Below the pieces are notes generated by a model. It was not told the DNA's origin, did not search any database, and saw nothing but the letters and a program-made list of their open reading frames with translations. A stretch of 64,000 bases of DNA from contig CAWJPJ010000007.1 in the NCBI GenBank assembly GCA_963844715.1, positions 96,001 through 160,000 on the forward strand. Direction: 5' to 3'. Below, piece by piece: positions 29,410-39,779 of the stretch. The translations under genes and the position numbers were made by a program. Position 1 is the stretch's first letter. Each line of letters starts with the position of its first letter. Source of the stretch: an uncultured Phycisphaerales bacterium. GTDB lineage: Bacteria > Planctomycetota > Phycisphaerae > Tepidisphaerales > Tepidisphaeraceae.

Positions 29410-31187
29410 ATGGCAAAGGCATGGCAAAACACGCGCAGCCGGCAACTCGCCATGCAGGGAACAATGTGGCTGGTGTTTGGGGCGGCAGTGGCGATCGCGA
29501 GTTTGACGGATCGGGAAATTCGCTCGAGCCAGACGGTCAATCTGGGGTCGCCGATTGCGGAGGGGCCGGTAACGTTCCGCCTGCCGGAGCATTGGGCGGC
29601 GACGACCGCCGATGAGTTCGGGACCCGGTTGCTGACCAAGGCGGTGGATCCGTCGGACGAGGCGGGCCGAGACGTCACGGTCATCCTTCAGCGGGTGGAT
29701 CACCTGATGGCGCCGCTGACGTATTTGCAGCGGGCGGATGAGTTGCCGTCGAACGCGGGGGACCTTGTGTTGACGCCGGTGGCGCTCAAGGGGGTTCCCG
29801 GACAGGTCGTGCGCTGGGCGGTTCCGGCGGCCAACGATGAAACGCGATCGGTGGCGTGCTGCTGCTTGATGCTGCCAACCGGACAGGCGCTGACGATTCG
29901 CCTAGAGAGAAACGACGATTTTGACGACTCAGACCAGAGGCTGTTCCAGGCGATTCTCTCTTCGGTGACGATTTCGGGGTCGCCGGTTCTTCGCCGCGGA
30001 ACCATCCATTTGCGCAACGGAATCCTGATCGGTCCGGCGGCGGATTTTGCGATTTACCCGGCTACCGATCCGTTGCGAAGCGACAATGAGCTTGTCAGAC
30101 AAACCACGGGCGGGGGATGGGTTTCGGCACGGTGTGTGCCGATGGTGATGGGAAATCTCCCCGCCGGTTCGCTGCGCGGGGCCCTGCTGGCGCTGGATCC
30201 GGTGGATACGCGCGATACGGCGGCGGCAAATTGGATTTCGTCGGATGCGATTCAGATCGACGCGAACCATTGGCGCATCGACCCGCACGATCCGGCCGAT
30301 GGTTGGGTGCACCGGCGGGCGTATGTTTTGACGGCGCCGTCCGGGCCGGCGATGCTTCTGCTTCTTACCGCCAACTACCCGGCAAGCGACGCGGACCTGG
30401 ACCAGGCTTACGCGGACTTGCACGTCACGATTCCAGCGAAAACCGGGGCAATCGCCGACACCCTTTTGGCCGACGGAGCCGCCGCCTTGGCGGACGTCGG
30501 ATCGGAACGTGGCGGCTCCGGCGAGCAGTGGTGGCTCTGGCAGCGCCAGGGAAACACGGAGGGAACCACACGATCATATCTCGACCCAACCGGGCAATTG
30601 CCGGTACGGGAAACGCTGCGGCGGGATTGGCATGGTTCGGTCTGGCGCGTCACGCAACGCTGGGGGCTGGGGGAATCGACGGCAGGCGCATGGCGCAATC
30701 CGTGCGATACGACGATGTCATGGACCAGGCGACATTCGTTTCCGATATGCGCGTTTCCGATCAGATCGTTACGACGCTCCAATTCAACGGGCAGGAATTT
30801 CAGAACAAGATTCCGAATTCCCCGGCGATGGTGAGCGGGGCACGGCTGCCGGCTTTATTGGCGGGAATGAAAAAGCCGGCCGTGGCGATTTGGACGGATC
30901 ATTATCCGGGATTTGAGGATGAGCCATATCCTACGCCTCTGCTCCTGGTGGTGCGGCGGGTATCGTCGGGGGACTCGGGCTCGGTTGTGGAGGCGGAAGT
31001 AAATGGAACGGGGCAGACGAGCCGATGGTTCTTTGCGCCCGACGGGACGTTCCAGCACGCGGATTTTTGCGGCGGGGTGAGTGTGCAGCCGGCGACGCTG
31101 TCGGAGGTGATTTCCGCGACGCAAAGCGATCCCCGCTTGACGCCGGCGCGGCAGCAGCCGACCATGGATTCCGGCTCGCCGCAGTGA
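29410..31187 (+). CDS. Membrane-anchored hypothetical protein (frameshift near 30690)
   Basis: N-terminal TM then beta-rich domains. Joins ORFs 29353..30834 and the 3' part of 30117..31187. Confidence 0.65.
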
Positions 31188-31219
31188 TATCGCGGATTTC
31201 TTGACCCGAGGTTACGAGG

Positions 31220-32833
31220 ATGAGGATTGCATCCATTTGTCTGGGATTGCTGTCGGCCCTCATGTGCGCCGTGGCGATTGGGGATGACGCGACCACCCAG
31301 CCCGATCTACACCCCACCAATCTGCTCGGCCCGGTTTTCACGAGCAAGCTCTACGGTCTCGAGTTTCGCGCGCCGTCGAATTGCGTGGAGGTGCATCGGC
31401 CGACGGCGGACACGATCGTCGAGTTCGACCGGCAGGAATATGACTGGCGCTTGCGGGCCTGGCGCGTGAAGCTCGAGCAGCCGCTGGCGCTGGCGGGGCA
31501 GCGCGACGCCGATGGAACCATGCACGACGGCGTCATCGAACTGGCGCTGCAAAAACTGAGTGAGGGAATTCCCGATGCGCAAGTTCTTCGCAATGAGGTG
31601 ATCAGCGTCGGAACGCTGCGCGTGGGGATGATCGCGGTGCGATATTCAACCGTCACGCAGGAGCGGCGGTTGACCGAGCAGGCGATCGTCGAGGTGCCGG
31701 ACTCGAACCGGCGGCTGTATTACTTCCTGGATTTGACCGGGCCGGGAAAGCCGGCGAGTGAACCGGCGGACATTGTTAATCCCGCGGAAAAAGCGGCGTC
31801 GGATACGTTCAGCCAGGTTGTCGATTCGGTGGTGCTGCTGGATCAATCGGGGATCGCGCGGGATCAAGTCGAGCGGTTGTACGAGACGCGGGCGCTGTTT
31901 GTCGCCTGGACGGGGGACCATTCGCAGATGCTTCGCAACGCACTGGTGCCGCAGCAATGGATGCGCGTCATGCGGAACGGACAGGACATCGGATACAGCT
32001 ATGTCGAAGAGAGCCTGGAAAATCAGGGTAAGTCGATCGACGACGCGACCATCCGCATCGGAGTGAGGTCGCGGACGGCGGCGAATCTGGCGAGCCAGTG
32101 GGATACGGTAACCTGGCTGACCTGCTCGCTGGATCAGAAGCACGAAAGCTGGTCGACGCTTTCGAAAAATCTGGACGCGCGGGGGAAAGTGATCGACGCG
32201 ATTGGGCAGGTCGCCACGAGCGACGAGCAGACCAAGGCGGTGGCGCTTCAGCCGCAGGTCGACTCGAGCAGCGGCGCGTTGGGGGGCGGGGACAATCAGG
32301 GCGGGCCGCTGGGGCAGGGAAACGTGGACATCGAGAACGTGCGCACGCTGGAGGTGATGACCACGCACGGCCCGGTGCAGCTCAGTCCGATGAAGCAGGA
32401 TGTTCCGGCGTTTTATATTCCGCAGGCGATCGATTTTCTGCTTCCGACCCTTCTGCCGCTGGATCGGTCCAAGACGTACATGTTCGCGGTGTTCGTTCCT
32501 GACGCGCAAAATCCGGCGGGAGGCGGGACGGTGATGGCGCGGTATTGCGACGTCTTGCCGGTGCAGCAGGTGAGTTTCAACAATCAGACGTTCGATTCGG
32601 TGCAGGTTGTGGATCGGGTGGGGCTGGAGGGGGCGCCGACGACGTATTACTTCACGCCGGAGGGGAAGTTCATGGGGAGCCGGTGCGTTTACCAGGATGG
32701 GGATGATCAGGTGACGCTGACGGTTTTGCCGGCTGATGCGGACACGTTGGGGCGGTTATGGAACCAGCCCGATTTGACGATTCCGCGGAATTCCGGGCCG
32801 AATCCGCCGGCGGCGGACCCCGCAAGCCCGTAG
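31220..32833 (+). CDS. Secreted hypothetical protein
   Basis: Signal peptide, ATTQP linker, 537-aa intact ORF with GAGG RBS. Confidence 0.8.
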   Translation: MRIASICLGLLSALMCAVAIGDDATTQPDLHPTNLLGPVFTSKLYGLEFRAPSNCVEVHRPTADTIVEFDRQEYDWRLRAWRVKLEQPLALAGQRDADGTMHDGVIELALQKLSEGIPDAQVLRNEVISVGTLRVGMIAVRYSTVTQERRLTEQAIVEVPDSNRRLYYFLDLTGPGKPASEPADIVNPAEKAASDTFSQVVDSVVLLDQSGIARDQVERLYETRALFVAWTGDHSQMLRNALVPQQWMRVMRNGQDIGYSYVEESLENQGKSIDDATIRIGVRSRTAANLASQWDTVTWLTCSLDQKHESWSTLSKNLDARGKVIDAIGQVATSDEQTKAVALQPQVDSSSGALGGGDNQGGPLGQGNVDIENVRTLEVMTTHGPVQLSPMKQDVPAFYIPQAIDFLLPTLLPLDRSKTYMFAVFVPDAQNPAGGGTVMARYCDVLPVQQVSFNNQTFDSVQVVDRVGLEGAPTTYYFTPEGKFMGSRCVYQDGDDQVTLTVLPADADTLGRLWNQPDLTIPRNSGPNPPAADPASP

Positions 32834-32882
32834 GTTTTTCTCTCCCCGCCCGGCAGCCCGGACCGATAACTACTTGAAGCCG

Positions 32883-33584
32883 ATGGTGCGCGCCCTTTCC
32901 AGAACGATTGTCTTGTTGGTCCTGATCCTGGGCGGATCGGCGGGGCTGCTGTTCTATCACCACCACCTCAGCCAGGAATACCAGATCGAGCAACTCGAGG
33001 CGCAGAAGCAGGAGTTGGAAGACATCATCGGCCGGCTGCAGACCGACCGGCGGGTGGCCAAAATCCTGGTGACGGATCAAAAGACCGTGAACGGGCAATT
33101 GCAGACGACGCTGCTGTTCGAGGAATACCGGCGCGACGGCAGTTCGCTTCCGGCGCGGCAATTTATCATTCCCGGCAATGAAGCCCATATCGACGCGGAG
33201 GTTGTGAAGTTCAAGGATGAGTACGTGAAGGAAGGGGATCCGCTGCGCGGGCAGAGCATTTTGCTTTTTGTGCGGATTTATGGCGCGACGCAGTCGCCGT
33301 CGCAGGGGCAGCCGATCGACACGCCGGGGACGATTCCGGAGATTTATCGAGGTTCGGACCCGCGGGTTTCGGATTTCGAGCAGGGAATCTGGTCGCAATT
33401 CTGGACGCTCTTTAACGACGATCAGGCCCGGGATGCCTTGGGAATCCGCGCTATGCATGGGGAAGGTTTATACGGGCCGTTCGATCGGCAGCATTTGTAC
33501 ACGATCACCGTCCGCCCGGACGGCGCGACGCTTAGCGTCGAGCCGCTCGATCCGATCATTCGCGCTGCGATGGGGGCCGGGTAG
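32883..33584 (+). CDS. Single-TM coiled-coil hypothetical protein
   Basis: N-terminal TM, short coiled coil, globular domain (DPLRG.S..LF.RIYG). Confidence 0.8.
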   Translation: MVRALSRTIVLLVLILGGSAGLLFYHHHLSQEYQIEQLEAQKQELEDIIGRLQTDRRVAKILVTDQKTVNGQLQTTLLFEEYRRDGSSLPARQFIIPGNEAHIDAEVVKFKDEYVKEGDPLRGQSILLFVRIYGATQSPSQGQPIDTPGTIPEIYRGSDPRVSDFEQGIWSQFWTLFNDDQARDALGIRAMHGEGLYGPFDRQHLYTITVRPDGATLSVEPLDPIIRAAMGAG

Positions 33585-33612
33585 CCCCTGAGTCTGCTAT
33601 AATGACGTTATC

Positions 33613-34236
33613 ATGTTTGGCGATGGCGCTTCGAGTTTACGAGAGTTTGCGAAGCGCGAACCGTTGCCGCTTGCGGTGATCCACGACGCGGTTCTGGAGT
33701 TCCTGCGCGGCAGGGAGGATGCCGCGCTGTTCGATGCTCAAGCCGTCAACGCATACGTGGACGAGTCGCGAATGACTCAGGATGTGGACATCCTCTCGAC
33801 GCGCGCAGCGGACCTGGCCGAAGAATTGCGACAGCACCTAGCCGACAAATTCCATATTGCCGCGCGTGTTCGTACCGTGGCCCAGGGATTCGGATTTCGA
33901 ATTTACCAGCTTCGCGAACCCAAAAACCGGCACCTCGTCGATGTGCGGCAAGTCTCGGAATTCCCGCCAACGCAAATGGTCATGGACATTCGCGTGCTAA
34001 GTCCCGAAGAATTGATCGCCAAAAAGTTGATCAGTTCAAGTGAACGCGAAGGTCAGCCCAAGGGTGACACGGATCGACGAGATTTGAAGGTGCTTCTATT
34101 GGCTTATCCGCAATTGAAAACCGAATCCGGCCCCGTGATGCAACGGATTGTCGCCAACGGCGGCGACGAAAAAGCGATCGAGGCGTGGCGGCGCATCGTG
34201 GCCTCGGTTATTCGCGACGATTCTGACGAGTATTAA
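33613..34236 (+). CDS. Nucleotidyltransferase, AbiEii/AbiGii-toxin-like
   Basis: F.AQAVNAY...R.TQDVD, E.LIA.K, R...K...D..DL motifs. TGCTATAAT promoter upstream. Confidence 0.75.
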   Translation: MFGDGASSLREFAKREPLPLAVIHDAVLEFLRGREDAALFDAQAVNAYVDESRMTQDVDILSTRAADLAEELRQHLADKFHIAARVRTVAQGFGFRIYQLREPKNRHLVDVRQVSEFPPTQMVMDIRVLSPEELIAKKLISSSEREGQPKGDTDRRDLKVLLLAYPQLKTESGPVMQRIVANGGDEKAIEAWRRIVASVIRDDSDEY

Positions 34237-34251
34237 GCGGCGCGGGACAAA

Positions 34252-37200
34252 TCAGCGCGAATCCTTCGCTCCATCCCACGTCCAGAGCACGATATTCTTC
34301 ATTAGACTCAGCGCGTAAGACGGTCGATAGCCGGCGATTCCCCAGGCTTCTACACCTAGCAAGCCGCTGGTCATGTCGAGCGGGAGGACGATGACCTGTC
34401 CTTTGCCGGCGCGGAGCATCAAGGGGCGGCCGTTGACGTCGCCGGGGAGGGTGCGGACGAACTCGCGCACGTGCGGGGTGGCGAGGTCTTGCATGCCGTC
34501 GGCGCTGGCGGTCAGGAGGGGATGCGTGGCGTCGATCGGCTCGAGCTGCGAATTGGGGAACGCGCGGACAAGGACATCATCGGTCAGGCTGTGAAGGAAA
34601 TCGCCGGGGGTGCCGCAGGGGTCGATTAATAGCACGCCGCCGTTGGTGACGTATTGCTGAAGGCTTTGTAGCTGGGCGTCCGTCGGCTTGAAGGCGGCGG
34701 TGCCGGTGAGATGGGCCAGGGGCGGATTCGAGGAGGCCAAATCCTCGGCGAATGTCGGCTCCAGGGTCATCCCCAAACTCGTCTGCTGCTGAAACCACGC
34801 GGCGGTGCGCGGCCAGGCGGCGGGCTCGGGGTCCCAGTTGCCGTCATAACGAACGCGGGCCACGCGGATCGACGCCGCGGGCGATTGTCCGGACTGCGCG
34901 GCGGCGACCTGCCGCCCCTCGAGGCGGTTGCGCAGCTCGCTCTTTCCCGCGGCGTAGAGGACGATGTTCACGCCCAGTTGGAGGGAATTCAGGGAATCCG
35001 GCTCGGCGCGATTCTGCCAGAGGTGGCTGATGTCCTGCGGGAAATGCATCATCAGGATGCGCGAGCCGTTGGTGATCACCTGGATGCGCGGGTGATCGGT
35101 GATTTTGTAGGACACGGTCCAGAGCGGATCGTCGGCGGGGAGGTCGGTCCAGGCATATTGCGGGAAAAGACGCTGGCCGAGGTCCATAACGAAATCGGTG
35201 AAATCCTGGCTGTCGCCGTCGGCCTGGGTGAGGAGCATTCCGCCGTTGAGAATGTATTGCTGAATTTTGTTGCGGTCGTCGTCGGTCAAAGCGACCGGGC
35301 GGTGGCTGGCCATGTATAGAATCGGGCTGTCGGTCCAATCGTGCCAATCGTGATTGAGCGGGACGACCTGCCAGTTGAGCGGGCGCTCGAGTTCGGCGCT
35401 GGCAAAGCGAGCCAGGTCGGCCGCATCGCGCGGGCGATTGGCCCAGTCGCCGTCGAAGCGCAGTTTGTTCAGAATCAGCGGATGGCGCCCGCGGGACAGG
35501 AATAGCACGGCGAAAGAGGTATCGACGACGGGGCCGTAAGTCGCGGACCAGGAGCCGTCGGAATTTTGCTGGGCGATGAGGTCGGCGGCGCGCTCGCGAT
35601 ACCAATCGTGCGTGCCGAAATATTTGAATCCGGATGCCAGACCCGCGCGCTCCAGGCCGTACATGGTGTAGAGCCAATCCTCTTCGCCATCGTGGGTGAC
35701 GACGCTGTTGTCGCCGGATTCGAGCCAGTCGAGCGCCTTGGCCAGGGCAGGGGAAAACGGCGGGCGACCGACGCGGTCACCCCAATCCTCGGCGTCGAGA
35801 TAATCCTGTGTAACGAACAGGGACGCTATGCCGGCCAGGGTCATCGAGCGGCGCGGGCTCGCCTTGTCGCCGGTGTAGGGCCACTGGCCGTCGGGAAGCT
35901 GGCAGTCCGTCCAGTGTTGCTGCACCTCGCGCCAGAAATGATCGGGCACGGACATGCCGGTCTCCGCCGCCGACCAGACGCCGAGCAGGCCGTATTGCGA
36001 ATTGGAATTGTCCCAAAAAAATAAATCGCCGTTGCGGGGGAACTGGTCGTTGTAGGTGAACGCCCCGCCCCGCTGGGCGTGAAGAAGCCATTCGACGTCC
36101 TGCTGGATGGCGCGGCGGTCTTCGCGGCGGTTGTAGAGGGAGAGGGCCGTGGAGCGAATCGAGCGGGCATAGGTTTGCTTGGCGTCGGTCATCTCCAATT
36201 GCTTCATCGATTCGATCAAGCCGGTCATGAGTTTGCCATGGTCGTCGAGGCGCGTGTCATCGGTGGCCAGGCCGCTTTGCATGAGGGCATAGACGGCCAG
36301 GCTGTCGAGCCCGTCGTGATAGTCGTCGGTTTCGGAGGTTTTGCGGATTAGTGTGCCGTCGAACTGGGTGAGGAGAAAATCGACACCGTGAGTGATGGAC
36401 GCGCCGATCTGCTGGTCGGTGAGGCCGGTGATCTGCATGGGCGTGGCGCGGGCGGGCGGGCGCGGTTTGCCGGGCGGGGCAGCGGCAATCGCCGGCTCGG
36501 TCGTGGGCGCAAGGACGGAAGGGGAGGTCGTCGGCTCCGGCGGAGCCGCCGGGGCGACGGGTTCGGTGGCGGCGGGTTGGGTTTCTGGAATGACTTCGCC
36601 GCTGGTGAGTTGCTTGTAGAGGCGGTCTTTGTCTTGAAGCGCCTGCTGCATCTCGGCCTGCAGGGTCGGATCGACGATGACGTGGTCGCCGAGTTTCAAT
36701 TCCAGTTCGTCATATTTTTCGACGGCGTCGCGCGGGCGGCCCTGCATCGCCAAATCCTCGGCCTGCTGCTTGAGTTGAAGGAGGTCGTTTCGATTCGCTT
36801 GTTCCCAATCGGAGACGCCCTGGGCCTGCGAGAGGTAGTAGATCAGACCGCCAATGAGCGCGACGGCGGCGACGAGCGCCGCGCCGAGCAGCAGCGGCAT
36901 GGGGAGCGATTTTTGTGGCGGCGGTTTTCTTAAGGCGGGCGCCGTTTGCGGCGCGAACCAGGGAGCTTCTTCATGTCGTGGGGGCGGAGTAATCGGCGAT
37001 AGTGGCGGCGGCGCCCACACGGGGGGCGTGGCCGGCGGGGGGGCGGGTTCGTTCGGCTGGGTCCACTGGACGAGGTCCGACTCTTCCATATCGACGTGCG
37101 ACTCCCCCGCCGCCGCGGCCGCCTGGTGGGTGAGGAGCGATTCCTCGACTTCGGTTGGAACGCGATCGTCGGGGGTTTTGGTCTCGGGCGGCGCGTCGGG

Positions 37201-37320
37201 AAGATCGGCATGGAGAAGGATCGGCGAGCCGCAGGCGGGGCAGATGCTCTGGGTGCCGGCAAGCTTGTCGCTGTAGGAAAGAATTTTCCCGCAACTGGGA
37301 CACTTGGTGGTGAAGAGCAT
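34252..37320 (-). CDS. Zn-ribbon + TM + prenyltransferase/squalene-cyclase-like repeats + two DUF4159-like domains
   Basis: CP.CG...CP.CG, Pro-rich linker, TM, DNSNSQY..LG, Q..DG.W repeats, two YILNGG/YVTNGG domains. Confidence 0.75.
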   Translation of the reverse strand: MLFTTKCPSCGKILSYSDKLAGTQSICPACGSPILLHADLPDAPPETKTPDDRVPTEVEESLLTHQAAAAAGESHVDMEESDLVQWTQPNEPAPPPATPPVWAPPPLSPITPPPRHEEAPWFAPQTAPALRKPPPQKSLPMPLLLGAALVAAVALIGGLIYYLSQAQGVSDWEQANRNDLLQLKQQAEDLAMQGRPRDAVEKYDELELKLGDHVIVDPTLQAEMQQALQDKDRLYKQLTSGEVIPETQPAATEPVAPAAPPEPTTSPSVLAPTTEPAIAAAPPGKPRPPARATPMQITGLTDQQIGASITHGVDFLLTQFDGTLIRKTSETDDYHDGLDSLAVYALMQSGLATDDTRLDDHGKLMTGLIESMKQLEMTDAKQTYARSIRSTALSLYNRREDRRAIQQDVEWLLHAQRGGAFTYNDQFPRNGDLFFWDNSNSQYGLLGVWSAAETGMSVPDHFWREVQQHWTDCQLPDGQWPYTGDKASPRRSMTLAGIASLFVTQDYLDAEDWGDRVGRPPFSPALAKALDWLESGDNSVVTHDGEEDWLYTMYGLERAGLASGFKYFGTHDWYRERAADLIAQQNSDGSWSATYGPVVDTSFAVLFLSRGRHPLILNKLRFDGDWANRPRDAADLARFASAELERPLNWQVVPLNHDWHDWTDSPILYMASHRPVALTDDDRNKIQQYILNGGMLLTQADGDSQDFTDFVMDLGQRLFPQYAWTDLPADDPLWTVSYKITDHPRIQVITNGSRILMMHFPQDISHLWQNRAEPDSLNSLQLGVNIVLYAAGKSELRNRLEGRQVAAAQSGQSPAASIRVARVRYDGNWDPEPAAWPRTAAWFQQQTSLGMTLEPTFAEDLASSNPPLAHLTGTAAFKPTDAQLQSLQQYVTNGGVLLIDPCGTPGDFLHSLTDDVLVRAFPNSQLEPIDATHPLLTASADGMQDLATPHVREFVRTLPGDVNGRPLMLRAGKGQVIVLPLDMTSGLLGVEAWGIAGYRPSYALSLMKNIVLWTWDGAKDSR

Positions 37321-37379
37321 CGGTTAGGAATTGTACGTTGTGGCCATGAACGGCGACAAAATTGTGGGGAAGGCACGAT

Positions 37380-39383
37380 TTATTCGGACCCAGTATCGGG
37401 CCGGACAACCACGCCGCACGCCGGGAGGGCATCCAGGAACAATCGGCCGTACCGCTTGGTTTTGATGCGGCTGTCGAGGATGACGACGATGCCGGTGTCG
37501 GTTTTGCAGCGGATGAGGCGTCCGAACCCCTGCTTGAGGCGCATGATCGCCTCAGGGACGGAATATTGCATGAAGGCGTTGCCGCCGGCGCGGGTGATGG
37601 CTTCGAGGCGCGCCTGCACGAGGGGCTCATCGGGAACGGAGAAGGGGAGCTTGACGATGATGACGTTGCGGAGCGCTTCGCCGCGCACGTCGATCCCCTG
37701 CCAGAAACTGGAGGTGCCAAAGAGGGCGGCATTGGGGGTATTGCGGAATTGCTCGAGGAGCATTTTCCGGCTCACGCCGCGGCCTTGGACGAGCAGGGGG
37801 ATTCCCGATTCCTCAAGCGGCCCGCGAAGGCGCTGGGCAGATTCGGCGAGGGACTGATAGCTGGTGAAGAGGACGAACGCCCCGCCACTGGTTTGCCTTA
37901 CGTATTGCAGGATTTTTTCACACGCGGCGGAGAGAAAATGGCGCTCGTCGCTGGGCTGGGGAAGGTCTGACTCGATGTAGAGCGTGGCTTGCTTGGCGTA
38001 ATCGAATGGGGACCCGAGGGCGAGGGTGCGGGCGCCGTCGCAGCCGAGGCGGGAAATAATGTAAGAGAACGCCGGGTCATTTCCCTCGCCATTCTTTTCC
38101 GACGCGTGACCCGTGCAGAGGGTCGCCGAGCAGAGGGTTACGCTGCGGATTTTCTGGAAGAGATGGGTTCGCAGTCCGGCGGCGACATTGACGGGGGCGG
38201 CGCGAAGCGAGACGTTTCGCCGTGATTTTGACCCCATTTCCATCCAATAGACCGCATCCGGCATTTTCTGCTGAACGATGGCGTCCAGTTCGTCAGCCAA
38301 GAGCGCGGTCTTTTCGGCCATGGCGTTTAACTCAGAAATTTCCTCGGGTTCCTCGACTGAGGCGAGGACCGTCTTGATATGCAGGGAAAGCTGCCGGAGC
38401 TTCGGGGAGACATCATTTTGCACGGCGGCGGGTTCGTGGATGCGTCCGTTGGAGCGGCCGGACGTCTGTTGCCAGTCGATCCAGCGCTCGAAATAGTCTT
38501 CCGTGACGGATTGGAGGTCGACAATATCACCGATGGCGTCATTTGCGGCGGAGCCATGGGTGCTAAGCAGGCCTTTGCCTCGCTTGGTGTCATAGAGAAC
38601 GCGAAGTTGATGTTTCAAAGTGTTTTCGGAGACGCCCAGGCCGAAATGTTCGGCCGCGACGTCTTCGACGGTGTGGGCTTCGTCGAGAATCACCAAGTCG
38701 TACTTGGGCAGATAGTTCACGCCGGAGATGCGCAGGGCCAAGTCTGAGAAAAACAGGGCGTGGTTGACGATGAGCAGGTCGCCGGTTTGCATGCGGCGTT
38801 TTGCGGCCTGCCAGAAGCAGCGGTCGTAAAAATTGCAGCGTTTGCCGAGGCAGTTTCCGTGCTCGGCGCAGACGCGCTCCCAGACGCCCGGCTGCGGGGC
38901 CTGGGGGAGATCGGCCAGGGAGCCGTCGCCGGTGCGCTGGGCCCAGGCGTGAATATCGCGCAGCGATTGGAGTTGCTCCGGCTGATCGAAAAGCATCCCC
39001 TGCCGCCCGCGCGCCTGCTCGAGGCGGCGCTGGCAGAGATAGTTGCTGCGGCCTTTGACCAGGACCGCGGAAAATTCCTGGGGATAGACGGATTGAATCA
39101 GCGGAATGTCTTTCTCGACGAGTTGCTCCTGGAGCGAAATGGTGTGAGTCGAGACGATCACGCGCTTTTTCTTCCGGACGGCGTAATCGATGGCGGGGAG
39201 AAGGTAGGCAAAAGATTTTCCGACACCGGTTCCGGCTTCGACAAGAACATGGCGCTCCTGCTCGATGGCGCGCTCGACGGCCGCCGCCATTTCGAGTTGC
39301 TGGGGGCGGAATTCGTAGAGTTCCCCCATGCGCCGGGCGATGGCGCCGCCGGGGGCGAGGATGGATTGTTGTTCATCAGGCAT
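37380..39383 (-). CDS. DinG/YoaA-family Fe-S DNA helicase
   Basis: R.QQ..MA, EAGTGVGKS, KGRSNYLC, C...C..C, DEAH, SATL, LFTSY, FWQGIDV.G, KLPF, QG.GRLIR. Confidence 0.92.
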   Translation of the reverse strand: MPDEQQSILAPGGAIARRMGELYEFRPQQLEMAAAVERAIEQERHVLVEAGTGVGKSFAYLLPAIDYAVRKKKRVIVSTHTISLQEQLVEKDIPLIQSVYPQEFSAVLVKGRSNYLCQRRLEQARGRQGMLFDQPEQLQSLRDIHAWAQRTGDGSLADLPQAPQPGVWERVCAEHGNCLGKRCNFYDRCFWQAAKRRMQTGDLLIVNHALFFSDLALRISGVNYLPKYDLVILDEAHTVEDVAAEHFGLGVSENTLKHQLRVLYDTKRGKGLLSTHGSAANDAIGDIVDLQSVTEDYFERWIDWQQTSGRSNGRIHEPAAVQNDVSPKLRQLSLHIKTVLASVEEPEEISELNAMAEKTALLADELDAIVQQKMPDAVYWMEMGSKSRRNVSLRAAPVNVAAGLRTHLFQKIRSVTLCSATLCTGHASEKNGEGNDPAFSYIISRLGCDGARTLALGSPFDYAKQATLYIESDLPQPSDERHFLSAACEKILQYVRQTSGGAFVLFTSYQSLAESAQRLRGPLEESGIPLLVQGRGVSRKMLLEQFRNTPNAALFGTSSFWQGIDVRGEALRNVIIVKLPFSVPDEPLVQARLEAITRAGGNAFMQYSVPEAIMRLKQGFGRLIRCKTDTGIVVILDSRIKTKRYGRLFLDALPACGVVVRPDTGSE

Positions 39384-39773
39384 TTTCGAACGCTTCACGT
39401 TCCAGGAAGTTATCTTCGTATGGGCGCTTGCCTCGCACCAGAGCCCAGGTCGACGCGAGCAGATAAAGCGGGAGAAAGATCGGTCCCCAGCGTTCGCATT
39501 GGCGGACATGGATGCGCTCGTGGGAGCGGGTTGTTTCCAGGAGCCATTCGTCGCGCGCCAAGACGATGTGCCCGAAGGTGATGGCCGAGGCGCCGCCGCG
39601 GAGGGTGATACCGACGATCCGGCGCAGAAAAATCGCGCGGCGGGCCCATGGACTTCCAGAACGCCTTGGACACAATGCGCTTCGCCGCCGGAAATGAGCG
39701 TGAGGATGGCGAGCGGCAGACCGACGGCGGTGTTCGGCGAAGCCCAGATATATGCCAGCCAGCGCGAATTCAT
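39376..39773 (-). CDS. Small HEXXH-containing hypothetical protein (frameshift near 39630)
   Basis: MNSRWLAYIWASPNT.VGL then AITFGH.V...HERIH..Q..RWGP.F...Y...PY.DN..E.EA. Confidence 0.75.
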
Positions 39774-39779
39774 CAGGTC

